DNA from: Nageia nagi | Lineage: Eukaryota; Plantae; Pinophyta | Reading direction: 5' to 3' | Length of the DNA stretch: 64,000 bases | Assembly: GCA_050084985.1 (NCBI GenBank) | Contig: JBITNC010000001.1 | Location: 133,300,001 to 133,364,000, forward strand | Shown: piece after piece, positions 39,601 to 51,396 of the stretch | How positions within the stretch are numbered: position 1 is the stretch's first letter | How the letters are laid out: every line of letters starts with the position of its first letter | Program-made: the position numbers and the translations under genes | Notes under the pieces: model-generated | What the model was told of the DNA's origin: nothing | The model's database searches: none | The model's input: only the letters and a program-made list of their open reading frames with translations

Positions 39601-40769
39601 CTCCCGATCCTGAGTAACAAGGGTGGCTCTGGCCAAGTAGACAAGTAGATGATTGAATATGCTAATATGTCCCCCTCCCATGCATCCACTCCCCCTTATA
39701 CCTAGACGTCACACCTAGAGGCTAAACATCCACCTTGGGATGCCAATATTGCCTTGGGATCATACTAGCTTGGACGTTGGGCTTTAGGAAGCATGATTGT
39801 GCCTCAAGATCATACACATCACTCCTAGATATCCTAAATGCATTATTTCACTCAAGGTAGACCAAAGTCCCACTTGGGGCTCACAATTATCCTTGAGATT
39901 TACAAATAAATAATAAATTAGGTCTACTCTTACTAAAGAGGGACCTTTTACAATAAAATGAAAAATCTCTCCTAATTAATAAATATATTTTTGATATTTA
40001 TTTTAATTATGTAATATTCCAATTATGGAATGTTACAAATAGGCACTATGTGTCACTTCATTATCAGTATCCTACCAAAAACTAGACACTTTAGTCTCAT
40101 AGTTGGGCCACATCTAGCATCTTGTCCAAATATCTTAGACTTATACAATGGACTCAAAACACAATCTTACCTGCAAGGTGCTTAGCAACCCATAAGACCA
40201 ACAGATTTCCGCAGGCTGCCTAGGCACTCAGAAGGCACGTAAAAGTTTTTTGTGTTCTTAAAAGATTTAAATGGCCTTTGATTACTTGAGGACCTACTTA
40301 TTAACTTAACATCCAGGTCAAAATTTTGCAATTCATGTAAGGGTTTTGGCATCTGCATTCACTATGTTTTGAACCTGTATCATTTACATGGCCACACCCC
40401 ATCTCAAAAACTGTTCTTTAGAACAAATAAAATCCGAAAGTCATGTCACAAAACAATTAGAACAGAATTGTTTCCCTCTTGCTTGAATGACTTTCTTGAA
40501 TGCAAATGTTTATAGTTTTACTTTTTATGCACTCTTTATAATAAACAACATAAAAAGATAATTTTGACTCATTGACTTCAGCCTCCTTTTACATAAAATA
40601 AGTTAGCATTCTTAGTTACTTATTGATACAGTGACTAACAAAAAACACTAAAGAAGACTTACAAATCCCATAAACCATCTTTAGAGCAATACATATCCCT
40701 GCCTCGGAGCTCATCTTTATGTTGGACTTCATTCCTATCAGCTTTTGTAGAGGACTTTGCACCTTTGCC
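21548..40769 (-). CDS. rnz: tRNase Z (RNase Z), short form, bacterial/ELAC1-type; partial spliced gene, join of 5 exons (40769-40663, 36970-36875, 36740-36644, 26408-26360, 21679-21548)
   Basis: Five GT-AG exons with matching phases translate to GKGAKSSTKADRNEVQHKDELRGRDMYCSKDGLWDLFSDDKYRMQAGLLKHTIPCWGYVFEENPRIGRFMVERAEQIGVEPGEQRALLQQGQSVFVNGRKVSPSDVLGCPRKGRKIAILGDTYNSRSLQSAAFGADTLVHECTLLEEDAAEAVEKGHSTA. This contains motif III His (KHTIP), the exosite/flexible arm, motif IV (GDT), a HEAT-type motif (HECT) and HST. The HxHxDH and motif V exons were not found in the window. Confidence 0.93.
23306..24871 (+). mobile_element. 5'-truncated LINE (L1-type ORF2 C-terminus, 3' UTR, A-tail) with an in-frame 264-bp internal duplication
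   Basis: ORF 23542..24276 has zf-RVT-like HVFWSFPKAHEAW and LWKIRNNIIF. A9 tract at 24863-24871. Left boundary is approximate. Confidence 0.75.
26360..26408 (-). CDS. tRNase Z exon (49 nt)
   Basis: ttgtttgtgcag|GTG AGT...ATT G|gtgagt. Encodes VSPSDVLGCPRKGRKI. Confidence 0.9.
27282..28632 (-). mobile_element. Solo LTR (~1.35 kb)
   Basis: TGTGAAG...TGTTACA ends. Shares TCACCTAGGAG and GTCCCACTTTGGGGCTCA blocks with the other ~1.2-1.3 kb LTRs. TSD imperfect (ACAGC vs AGC). Confidence 0.72.
29048..29710. repeat. Degenerate ~172-bp tandem repeat (2 copies plus a diverged third)
   Basis: GCCAAGAATCATTTGACAGCA...GCTCTGCTCTTGAGGAGATAAA recurs at about 29100 and 29272, with a diverged copy at about 29600. 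Confidence 0.65.
30970..34180 (-). pseudogene. LTR-encoded ORF homologue, disrupted
   Basis: GLATIGDTDWQDVDPMQMR, KFYLNSYLLYMLLH, WKCYPKWKIERRW and KEIKSLKKELAAQKRLTRELE match the 2911-6216 ORF. Confidence 0.85.
34562..35529. repeat. Array of 8 dyad-symmetric ~46-bp repeats
   Basis: Copies start at about 34562, 34779, 34851, 34998, 35142, 35256, 35370 and 35484. Confidence 0.9.
36644..36740 (-). CDS. tRNase Z exon (97 nt), exosite/flexible arm
   Basis: gaacag|A TTC...AGA AAG|gttgat. Encodes FMVERAEQIGVEPGEQRALLQQGQSVFVNGRK. Confidence 0.9.
36875..36970 (-). CDS. tRNase Z exon (96 nt) with motif III His
   Basis: actag|G TTT TCA...GGA AG|gttctg. Encodes FSDDKYRMQAGLLKHTIPCWGYVFEENPRIG. Confidence 0.9.
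39197..40037 (-). mobile_element. Solo LTR (841 bp) with short 30-bp internal repeats
   Basis: TGTAATATTCC...GGAATGTTACA inverted termini and perfect TSD AATAG (39192-39196 / 40038-40042). Orientation inferred from a TATA-like motif. Confidence 0.85.
40663..40769 (-). CDS. tRNase Z exon (107 nt, phase 0 in / 2 out)
   Basis: ttttttccag|GGC...GAT TT|gtaagt. The TT|G Leu codon joins the next exon in frame. Confidence 0.85.
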
Positions 40770-41374
40770 CTGGAAAAAATACAATAACTTTCCATCTTGG
40801 AAGCTAGAAAGAGATGAACAAAAATACTTGCACATTTCGTAATTGTGGCACTTCAATTTAAGTGTTAAATGAGACATATAAATTTTTTTCCTTAGAAAAA
40901 CAATATATTTGACAAAGTTTAACAAAAAACAGGCATACATAGGCAATTTTTGTATGTTCAGACTCTTTTGAGACGGTTATTTTTGGAATCAAACTGCTTC
41001 CCATTATTGGTGTGCAACACTTCTTTATGCGTTTAGTAATGATTTTAAAAATTATTATGGTCTGAATGGTAATTATAACAATAATTTATCAAATACTTGA
41101 GTAGGATATAAAATTTCCAAATAAAAGAGTGCTGCATAATTTGGGTTTTGTGCATGTAAAGGTGCATATACACCTTACATATATCATCAACATACATACT
41201 TCTTCCTCTTTCTACATCTATTTTGTTCCATGATGTAATTGTTCTCTGTTCGATTTATATTTAAGCTGGTATGCTTTCTACTATGAGGAATATATATCAA
41301 TCTCCAATATCAATCCAGATAATACTCTGAAGTTAAATCAATCAACTCAAAATAAATCGTTGTCAAAAGATGTG

Positions 41375-42227
41375 TGTAATTACCCTATTTTTAAGAATAT
41401 CTTGCATTTGGGATTTTCCACAAATCTTTTCTCCTACAAGTCAGATATGGTCGTTGCACCTTCAGAATTGGATAGAGCATCTCGTGGCATTTGTTTTAAG
41501 TGGTCACATGACCCCTTTTGGACAAGAAATGAAGGAGTTATGGCTACTTGAAGTTCGCCAGTCGGACTAGTCTTCCATATCGCGCCTACACACGAAAATC
41601 CACTTAACTTAGTGGATTTTTACTTAAAAGTGCAATGTTGAATTATAATAAACTTTTATGTTATTCTAATATTATTTTAAGTACTTTAATTTGTAATAAG
41701 GCCAATCAATGGCTTAGATTAGCTTAGAGGGGCCAATGCAAGATTAGGGTTGGAGTCTATATAAGGAGATGCAACACTCCATTTTGGGTATGTTATGTTA
41801 TATGAGAATTGAATATTGAAACCCTAGAGTTTCCATGAGTTGAGATTGCAGGTCTTGCTCATTCCCATAGTGCATTGGAGGTGCATGGTTGGGGACTTGG
41901 CAATATCATTGAAGGTGTTATTTCCCTAAAATATCAAAAATACAAAAAGAGGCATCTATGAGTGGTTCGTGGCATTTCTTTTGTGGAGGGATTCACTCAG
42001 TTTGGAAAGTTTGTATCTGCATTTTTAGTTCCGTGAGGATTCCATTTGTCCATTCCAGCTTTGTATTGGTTTGGAAATATTTAATATATGATACTGGCTG
42101 ATTTCTCCTCATACTAGTGTTATTTTATGAGCAATTTCTGAGTTGTTTTATAGCTGCAATTTATTTCTGCATTTTTATGTTGAGGGTTTGCTAGAAATAA
42201 AGAAATAAAAATAAAAGGAACATCACA
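41375..42227 (+). mobile_element. Solo LTR (853 bp) inserted 4 bp inside the 5' end of the next element
   Basis: TGTAAT...ATCACA ends, TSD ATGTG (41370-41374 / 42228-42232), TATA CTATATAAG at about 41757. Confidence 0.82.
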
Positions 42228-44460
42228 ATGTGACATCCCCCTTGTACTTTTAGTGGGACCAATTTGGTCATCTTGTACTATATCTATTTGATGCATTTGC
42301 ATTTACATTGTTGTAACGCAAAATAGGAGTTTTAATGGGTCATGTGGACCACTCTGTGAGACCCAAGTGGGACGTCTCCCTCCTGAGTAGTAGATTAGGC
42401 ATGTTTTGAATTGGCGACCCCAGATTGTGGGAATCCCAAGGTATGTTTATGCATTATAGTGATTGACGGCCACTAGCATGCTAGCACCACACTAGGGAGG
42501 ACCCCATACCCCCACGTTGGCTCATGAGGACTCCGAGAACCCCATGTTGGCACTTCAAGTGCTAGGGACCCCACATTGGCATATGATGTGATCAAGACCC
42601 CCACGTTGGCATTATGAGTGATCATAACCCCCACATTGGCACTTAAAGTGATTAGGCCCCCCCAAGTACCCAACATTGGATTAGATGGGCCTGGGATGAC
42701 TCCTAGGTGAGTTCCAGACACAAGTAATGTATAAATAGACATTGGAGCTTTAGTATTGGACAAACATTATTGATCATTATTACACTTATTCTTCTACTTC
42801 GTCCAGTGGACAAGACCTTAGCAGAGAGCTAAACGTATTCCTTAGGTGGAGCACCTAAGAGGGTAGTCAGGCGTTGAGATCCTGATTATCTACGACATTA
42901 GTGGAGCACCTTTCCCCATCTGATGGCATCTCGAGGGTCTACTTCTACCGTTCGATCGGTTAGCCAGATTTTGAGGAGGGCTCCTTCAGTGGAGAGGATT
43001 CAGGATCTGAGGGAGTGAATCTATCCGTGGTTCTACAATTGTTCAGTGTTGAAGATTTCAAAATGTTGTGCCCTAGTTGGCTCCCTTGAGGCCAACGACT
43101 GCCCATTGGGCTTGTTATTGTATTTGCTACCATTGTATATCATTCGTGTTGACAAAGGGCATTTGGATCTCATGCTTATGTGTATTGCTTCATCTTGTGC
43201 ACACGTTGGATCTTGATGATTGTATATGTTTGTGATTATCATTCGAAGGCATCTTAATGTGTGTGGGTTTAGATTATGCATGTATGAGCTAGACGTTGGC
43301 TTTCTGAGATTGTATTCGTTGATGTATGCTTGCATATGCTAGACGTTGGCATTTTGGGTATCTGAATGTTTAATGTTAATGCCCTAACCCTAATGTTGCA
43401 TGCTTGAGGGTTTATTGTGTTGTGTATGATGCCCTAGAACTGACGTCAGGGCTTGATGATCCTGTATTGTTAGTGTGAGCTTGAATTTTAATTTTGGATC
43501 ATCACAAGTGGTATCAAAGCTTGGATCTAGCCAACCTATGCATGAGACCCAGAATCCACCGCTACTATACCAGATCTAGCAAGAGAGAGATGGCATCCGC
43601 TAGGAAGAGCGGAAAATCATAAGAGACCACAGAGAGAGCCATCCAAGGTGAGGAGAGACAATCGTGGATAAATGAGCTGCCGGAAGAGAGGGTTTCTAGC
43701 GATGAGGGAGAGGCGCAGGGGGTGCAAGGTGATAGGCAGAGGGCTGTCAGGAGGAGAAGCCCTACTCTGGTTCGGGGGTCCACTCCCGAACGGAAGTTTG
43801 ATGAGCTGATATCTGTTATTCACAACATGACTAGGGTCATGTCTTCTATGCACCGGTAGATGTCCAGACATTGGAGACATTCAGAGGAGCCAGAGAGGTG
43901 CCAGTCACCATTGTGGCATGCTAGAGATGATCAAAGAGCACAACACCATGTCCGGGATGAGAGGGAGCACCCACAACAGGCCAGGGATGAGAGGGAGCCA
44001 CCATGACTGGCTTGGGAGGACAGGGAGCAGCCACATTGGGCCAGGATTAAGGAGCACCCATGTCTGGCCAAAGAGGACCAGGATACCCCATGTCCAACCA
44101 GGGAGGGTAGAGGAGCTCCACGTTTGGCCAGAGGAGATGGAGATGACTAGATTTAGGAGGATCGGTATGACCGGGAGCATAGTTTGAGGAGATCGAGGAG
44201 CTTGGGAGATAGGGAATCCATCCATCATGGATCGTTGGGGCAGCCAGAGGCCACTTTCTTGAGATCAGATTCACACATAGCACCCTAAGGTACAAACCCT
44301 CTCCTAAGGAGGTACCTGGAAGAGGACGTTGGCAAAATGGAGGAGCAGACTGTGATTCCAAAGCCGTCCAAGCCCATGTTTGCACAGAAGATAGGGAAGG
44401 CTTTGAAGAGCAAGGCGCCTAGTCCATTGGAGTTGAACCAGATCTTCAAAAGAGTATTCC

Positions 44461-45720
44461 ATGTTGGATCCAGGATTGAGGAGGGGCATCAACTTCAATG
44501 GCTATCTTGAGCTTTTGGGGTTGCAGGGTAGCAGTGCGCATGGCCCACGGCAATCGAGGAGCCAATGGGAGGAGGACTTGCAGCATAAGATCAATATGAT
44601 GCAAGTGTCGTCGTATAATGGGAAGAAGATTATGACTAAGGCATGGTTACATCAACTGCAGACTTATTTCATATTGAACCCTAGCATGGTGGAGGTGGAT
44701 GCAATTCACTTTGCATCATTACACTTGGAGGGTGATGTCCTAGAGTGGCGGCATCATGGAGTTATCAGCCAAGGATATTCACTCATCACCTCATTTGATG
44801 AGTTTGCTAGGAGGCTGGTGAAGAGGTTTGACCGGAAGAGGGAGAATGATTACTTCTAGGATTTGATAGCGTTGAGATAGTCAAGAGCAGTGGATGAGTT
44901 TGTGACAGAGTTCCAGAGGTTAACCATCATGATCCATCATATTTCGGAGGAGAGGTTGGCTTACCATTTCATTGAGGGGTTGATGGAGCCGTTGTGAGGG
45001 ATGGTCAAGGTGTCCTCTCCTAAGAGACTTGACGATGCTATCCGGGCAACCTATACGACTTGGAGCCCACCGTGAAATCCCTTAGGGAAGGACCGGTATC
45101 CAAGGGGCCGGCTAACCGGAAGCCATTTGTCAAGGGGCCTAGCAAGACCAAGGAACTTCCTCCATCTAGGCCAGATCAGTTGGATGCAGCTACACAGCAG
45201 AAGCTGAGAGAAGAGGGCAAGTGCTTCTACTGTAAGAAGACTTGGGAGCCCGAGCATTGTTGTTTGGGGAAAGGATAGATGCACAATATTGAGGTGTTTT
45301 CGGAGGAGTCAGAGGACTCAGACTTGGAGCTAGGAATTGATGTGGAGGACTCGAGGTCACCACAAGTGGAGGGCACTCTTGGGAGCATGAATGCCTCACT
45401 CCATGGGTTGAAGAAGTACCTGACTTTGAAGATTGTGGGACAGGTGGGTGGATAGGATGTGACGGTGTTGATAGATCTTGGAGCATCCCACTTCATTGAT
45501 GTTGGTTTTGTAGAGCAGAAGAATCTGAAGAGGTCAAGGCATTTGAGAGGTTTCGAGTTTCCAATGCCAATGGGAAACTCACCTTGGTTGATCACATTGT
45601 GGAGAGGTTTGGAGTGAGGTTGTAGACTTGTGTAGTGAGGGAGGACTTTTATATCTAGCCTTTGAAGGGGTATCCTCACATCATTCTTGGAGTGCAATGG
45701 TTGTTTGACTTAAGGGATAT
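44461..45720 (+). pseudogene. Decayed gag-protease
   Basis: FASLHLEGDVLEW (44461..44859), KCFYCKKTWEPEHCC (45060..45278) and VLIDLGASHFID at about 45465. Confidence 0.82.
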
Positions 45721-47045
45721 TCATACCACCATGAGTTTCGAAATAGATGGTAAGACACACACACTGCAGGGCATCTGGGATGATTGTCCATAGGTGGACA
45801 ACAAGTGGCTAGAGGTGATCGAGTGGTGTCAGCAAAAGGAGGAGGCTGAAGGAGTGGCCACATTGCAGCAACAGGAGCCACCAAGATGGGTCATGGAGGA
45901 GCTAGTATCCTGACGTTGGACACCCAGGGCGTCTTCCACCCCACATTGGGCTCATTGGAGCATTTCCACCTCACGTTGGGCACACTGGAGGTCTACCAAC
46001 CCATGTTGAGCTTCCTGAGGAGAAGCCACCCCACGTGGAGCATCTAAGAGGCATAACTTGCCATGTTGAGCTGCCAGGAGGATCACTATCCCACGTTGAG
46101 CATCCAGAGGATTTGTGATGCCACGTTGAGCATGTGGGAGGATTGTCTTGCCACGTTGGGCATTCAAGAGAATTGGAGCCCCACATTGAGGATCAGGGAG
46201 GCCAGAGTTGCTACTGAGAGGTGTCATGATGATGGGCACCCCACGTTGAGGTTGGAGGAAGCCAGGTTTGCTCTTGAAAGGTGTCATGGTGATGTGCACC
46301 CATCATCGAGCTTGAGGGAGGCTGCATTCCCCTCATGGTGGTTACAAGAGCTGAAGGATGAGATGGGTTCTTGCCTCACACTAGCCATGAGGAGATTGGG
46401 AGCTTCTGAGCGGAGTTTGGAGGAGACCTTACCACTTGAGTGGAGCCTATGCTCTACTTGTTTTACACTGACTATTATCTTCTCTAGCTTTTTGCAAGTG
46501 CAGTTTAGCCTTGGTGTGCATGCAATTCCATGGCTATGGAGGATTATCATAGAGCATCTGCTGAGAAGCGGAAGATATAGCAGACCTGAGAGTTTATCGT
46601 TTGCATTGAGACAAGAGCTTGGAGTTCCAACTGTTTGCTTCTCACGATCGTCCAGCATGAGGCATACTGAGGTTGCATTCTGCCATCATGTACCACAGCT
46701 GACAGTTTCAGAAGATGCTTGGGAGCTTGAATGCTGTGATCTCTTACGATTGCTTAAGGGCAAGCAATTCAAGAGGGGAGGCTTTGTGACATCCCCCTTG
46801 TACTTTTAATGGGACCAGTTTGGTCATCTTGTACTATATCTATTTGACGTATTTGCATTTACATTGTTGTAACTCAGGATAGGAGTTTTAATGGGTCATG
46901 TGGACCCCACTATGAGACCAAAGTAGTAGATTAGGCATGTGTTGCATTGGAGATCCTGGATTGTGGGAATCCCAAGGTATGTTTATGCATTATAGTGACT
47001 GATGGCCACCAGCATGCTAGCACCGTAGTGGGGAGTGCCCCATAC

Positions 47046-47275
47046 CCCACGTTGGCTCATGAGGACTCTAGGACCCCCACGTTGGCTCATGAGGACTCTA
47101 GGACCCCCACGTTGGCACTTTAAGTGCTAGGGACTCCACGTTGGCACTTTAAGTGCTAGGGACTCCACGTTGGCATATGATGTGATCATGACCTCCACGT
47201 TGGCATATGATGTGATCATGACCTCCACGTTGGCATTATGAGTGATCATAACCCCCACATTGGCACTTTAAGTGA
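47046..47275. repeat. 29-30 bp CCACGTTGG-unit minisatellite in the 3' LTR (AABBCCDE pattern)
   Basis: Three consecutive units are each present twice, but only once in the 5' LTR (about 42511-42660). Confidence 0.85.
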
Positions 47276-49945
47276 TTGGGCCCCCCCAAATACCCAACGT
47301 TGGATTAGATGGGCCTGGGATGACTCCTAGGTGAGTTCCAAACACAAGTAATGTATAAATAGACATTGGAGCTTCAGTATTGGACAGCCATTATTGATCA
47401 TTATTACACTTATTCTTCTACTTCATCCGGTGGACAAGACCTTAGCGGAGCACTAAGCATATTCCTTAAGTGGAGCACCTAAGAGGGTAGTCAAGCGTTG
47501 AGATGCTGATTATCTACAACATTAGTGGAGCACCTTTCCCCATCCGATGGCATCCCGAGGGTTTACTTCTATCGTTCGGTTGGTTAGCTAGATTTTGAGG
47601 AGGGCTCCTTCAGTGGAGAGGATTCAAAATCTGAGGGAGTGAATCTATCCCATGGTTCTACAGTTGTTCAATGTTGAAGATTTCAGAGTGTTGTGCCCTA
47701 GTTGGCTCCCTTGAGGCCAACGACTACCCATTGGGCTTGGTATTGTATTTGCTACCATTGTATATCATTCATGTTGCCAAAGGGCATTTGGATCTCATGC
47801 TTATGTGTATTGCTTCATCTTGTGCATGCGTTGGATCTTGATGATTGTATATGTTTGTGATTATCATTCGAAGGCATCTTAATGTGTGAGGGTTTGGATT
47901 TTGCATGTATGAGCTAGACGTTGGCATTATGAGATTGTATTCGTTGATGTATGCTTGCATATGCTAGACATTAGCATTTTGGGTATCTGAATGTTTAATG
48001 TTAATGCCCTAACCCTAATGTTGCATGCTTGAGGGTTTGTTGTGTTGTGTATGATGCCCTAGACTTGACGTCAGGGCTTGATGATCCTATATTGCTAGTG
48101 CTAGCTTGAATTTTAATTTTGGATCATCGCAAAAGATAATCACATAACCCAATTCTAACATATGCTTGGAATTGAATCTGTTCATTGACTATATTGTATT
48201 AGACATGTAAGATATACAACATGAATGGTCCTTATATTTACCTCTTACAAGTACACACTACTAGAAGAAAAGCACCTACATCTACAAAATTTTATCAACC
48301 ACATAAAACTGCATATATTAGACAATATAAACAACAATACCATTTCTTAGATGTCACACTACCACATCCATGTTACTTATTAAATTACAGAGGCTCTTTA
48401 ACATTTTGGAATTTGTAATTACCCTTCATAATTTTCATGAGTTGGAAGATAAGGTAGGTGTAAACAATATCTTATGTGTTTGTAAAACAACTTGATTTGT
48501 GGATTAGTGAGAAATGTATACCATTCTAACCCATAAATAATGTTGTTTCTCTTCAAGGAATTTACTTACACTTTATTTGGAGTGGGACAGTTAAACTCGA
48601 AATTTTTAGGAAAGTGAAATGCAATTACAACGTCTTCCCTATCCCTATTTTATCACTAAAGCCAGTTTTTAAAATGAGTGAATCTGGCTTTGACCCTTTT
48701 TCCTTCCCAAATAAGTATAGATTTCCTTTTTTATATCATGCAAGCTGAATATTCTTAAGATACAAAAATCTAATGTTTGTCCATGTCAGGGGAGTTGGAG
48801 AAGTAATGGGAACACTCCACACCCTACATGGTAGAACAAGTAGAAAACCTGTGGATAAACAAGTGTTGTCCTGGGTGACTTTGACATATTAGATACCTCT
48901 GGTCGTGGCAACTAAGCCAAAGGAGGCTCCCACAAGGGTGGTTTTTGCCATATCAAAATAAAAAGATACAAGAATATAATATTAATGGATGTGTTTCCTA
49001 AAACCAGCTCAACAATAAACTACTAATATCACTACACATTGGAACTCTCGCTTTCTTAATAATTAAATTGCTAAAGCTTTTAATTTTACTAAATTTGGAT
49101 CAACTCTTCAACTATATTTTTTTCTTAAATGATTGCTCATAGTATGTATACGAGATTGCCATTACCAACAGTTTGTCTTGGGTTTTCCTTCTAATAGTTT
49201 CTTTTCTAATTTCCAATACTGATTGAAAAACTTTGATTATTGTGGGGGTACTTCTTAGGTTGGCCATCCTTATATCTTAATGTTGCATATCAAGAGATTT
49301 TGTTGAAAGAATGGAGTATAGTGCTCATTGGCGATAACTAAAGAAGAAGAAATTATTGAAAATTGGAGTCTTGGACAGATTCACAATTAAATATTTGTCT
49401 ACTGCTCTAGTTATTGCCCACGAACATTACACTATGTTCAATTGGCATTTTTAGATTCTCCTAAGAAGGATTCTTATTGTAGGATTTCCATGATGGATAT
49501 AGTTGTTTGTAGTTGATTAGGCCAGTCTCTTGCAACATGCTCTGATTTAGTATGCTCGATCCGTCTCACATTGTTTGGTGGTTTCAGGCACAACCTTTAC
49601 AACTACCATATTTCCTCTTGTGTCAAATTCAACAAGGGTTTCTAAAGATGCCTCTTCTTGCTAACGTCTATCCTCGTAGGGTCAAAAACACTTTATGATC
49701 CTTTTCAGCATTTGAAATTAAATGGTAATCTATCACCACATAATTGGCCACCCATCATGCAGAATTGATTGTCCAAGCAATTTAACCTAATTCAATATTT
49801 AGCACAATAGTTTGTACGTTATACATTCCTTTTTGCATTTTTCATGAGCTCATGCCATTCCTTAAACATTTGCATCCTTTTATTAAAAACAAGGTGTGGA
49901 CGAAGCAAAACCTGCCTCATTTTTTTTCAAACTTTGGGGACTCTC

Positions 49946-51141
49946 TATGACATCCCCCTTGCATGATTGTAAGTAATTATTGAATCCAACGGATTCCCCT
50001 TGTAATATATTTTATAATTGCATTGTACTTTCATATTGTAGCTTGGGATAGAAGACTTAATGGGTCAATGGACCCCATTGTGAGCCCCAAATGGGACATC
50101 TCCCTCCAAAGCATAGATTAGGTGTTTTATTTTACTTGGAGATCCCGATCTTGATTGTGGGAATCCCAAGGTCTGTTTTACACTTAGATGAATGGATGAG
50201 CACTTGTATATATGTGCCACCATTAGGCAGACTCCTAGACTCCCACGTTGGCCCATTATGACACCTAGATTCCATGCATGGCTCCTAGACCCACATTGGG
50301 CATGCATGACACTCCTAGACCCCCACGTTGATATTTATGGCACTCCAGACCCCCACATTGGCATGCTTGACCCCAAGGCACCCACGTTGGGCATTCTAGG
50401 CCCCCAGGAAGCTAACATTGGGGATTAAGGAGTTGAATGATGACTCCTAGGTGAGATCCAAACAGAGTTGAGTGTATAAAGAGACATTGGAGTCTAATTG
50501 TTGGATGTATCTGATTATACTATTATCTCTTGATACCATCCTGTGGACACAAGTCTTACCAGCGCTAAGCAATCCCTTAGGTGCAGCATCTAGGAGGGCT
50601 ATCAAGCTGAGGAATCATGATTGTCTACGGCATTAGTGCAGCACCCTTGCCCATCCAGTGGTATTTTGAGGTTGAGCTTCTACCATTTAGTTGGTCGCCA
50701 GGATCAAAGGAAAGCTCCTTCGATGCAGAGGATTCAAGTTCTGAGGGAGCGAGGCTGTCCCATGGTTCTACTTGTCCGTCTAGCATTGAGGATACATGAT
50801 TTTCCCTAGTTGGCTCCATGGAGGCCAACGTCCAGCTTTGGGAGCTAGGTATTGTATTGTTGTGACATTCATATCTTCGATACAGTCATTGGGCACTTGG
50901 ATCTCACTTTTGTGTTGTGTATACTTCTCTATTGGCATCATTTGATTACTTTGACATGTATGTGTTTGAATGAGCCAAACGCTGGCATTGTGGGATTGTG
51001 TTGATTGATATCTGCTAGTTGTAGCCACACGTTGGCATATTTGCATTATTGGGATTTGATTTGGATGTCCTAGGCCAGACGTTAGGGTTTATTGAATTGA
51101 ATTTGCTTAATTGCACTTGAGTTGGTGTTTGGATCCTTACA
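49946..51141 (+). mobile_element. Solo LTR (~1.2 kb) inserted near the 5' end of the giant Tat LTR
   Basis: T(A)TGACATCCCC...GGATCCTTACA ends, near-TSD CTCTC/CCCTC, related to 9794-10996 and 42229-43506. Confidence 0.82.
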
Positions 51142-51396
51142 CCCTCAGCCTAAGAATGAAGCCGAGAAGGTTCGCACATGGAAAGAGTATTTCCGGACGA
51201 TAATGGAGAGATGAACTAATCAGAAAAGCCCGAAGTGCAACTTTAAAATTCACTCGAAATACTTGCTTACAACAGACGAAATACTTTCTAAGTATCCACT
51301 CATAGAACCAAGAATGAAGAGATACAAGCATCCAAGGGAGTTCAATCATGTTTGAAAAATGGGCAAAATCATCAAGATCACACATTAAAGTGATGT

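Larger units (their letters stand above)
41371..48131 (+). mobile_element. Non-autonomous gag-protease-only LTR element (LTRs 42229-43506 and 46785-48131)
   Basis: TSD AAAGA (41366-41370 / 48132-48136), PBS TGGTATCAAAGC (43509-43520), PPT AAGAGGGGAGGCTT (46771-46784). Has gag, a CX2CX-H-C knuckle-like motif and protease, but no RT or integrase. Confidence 0.9.

Noticed and set aside
46063-46809. 248-aa ORF as a real gene
   Set aside because: Begins in the 30-bp repeat array and runs through the PPT into the LTR. No domain was recognised, and the related element at 11000-11850 lacks an equally long ORF.
48570-48660. Possible upstream exon ending at a minus-strand GTAAGT donor
   Set aside because: The open frame ends in phase 2 whereas phase 0 is needed, and the peptide has no tRNase Z motifs.
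49100-49890. Possible ancient LINE remnant
   Set aside because: Too degraded to support from the sequence alone.
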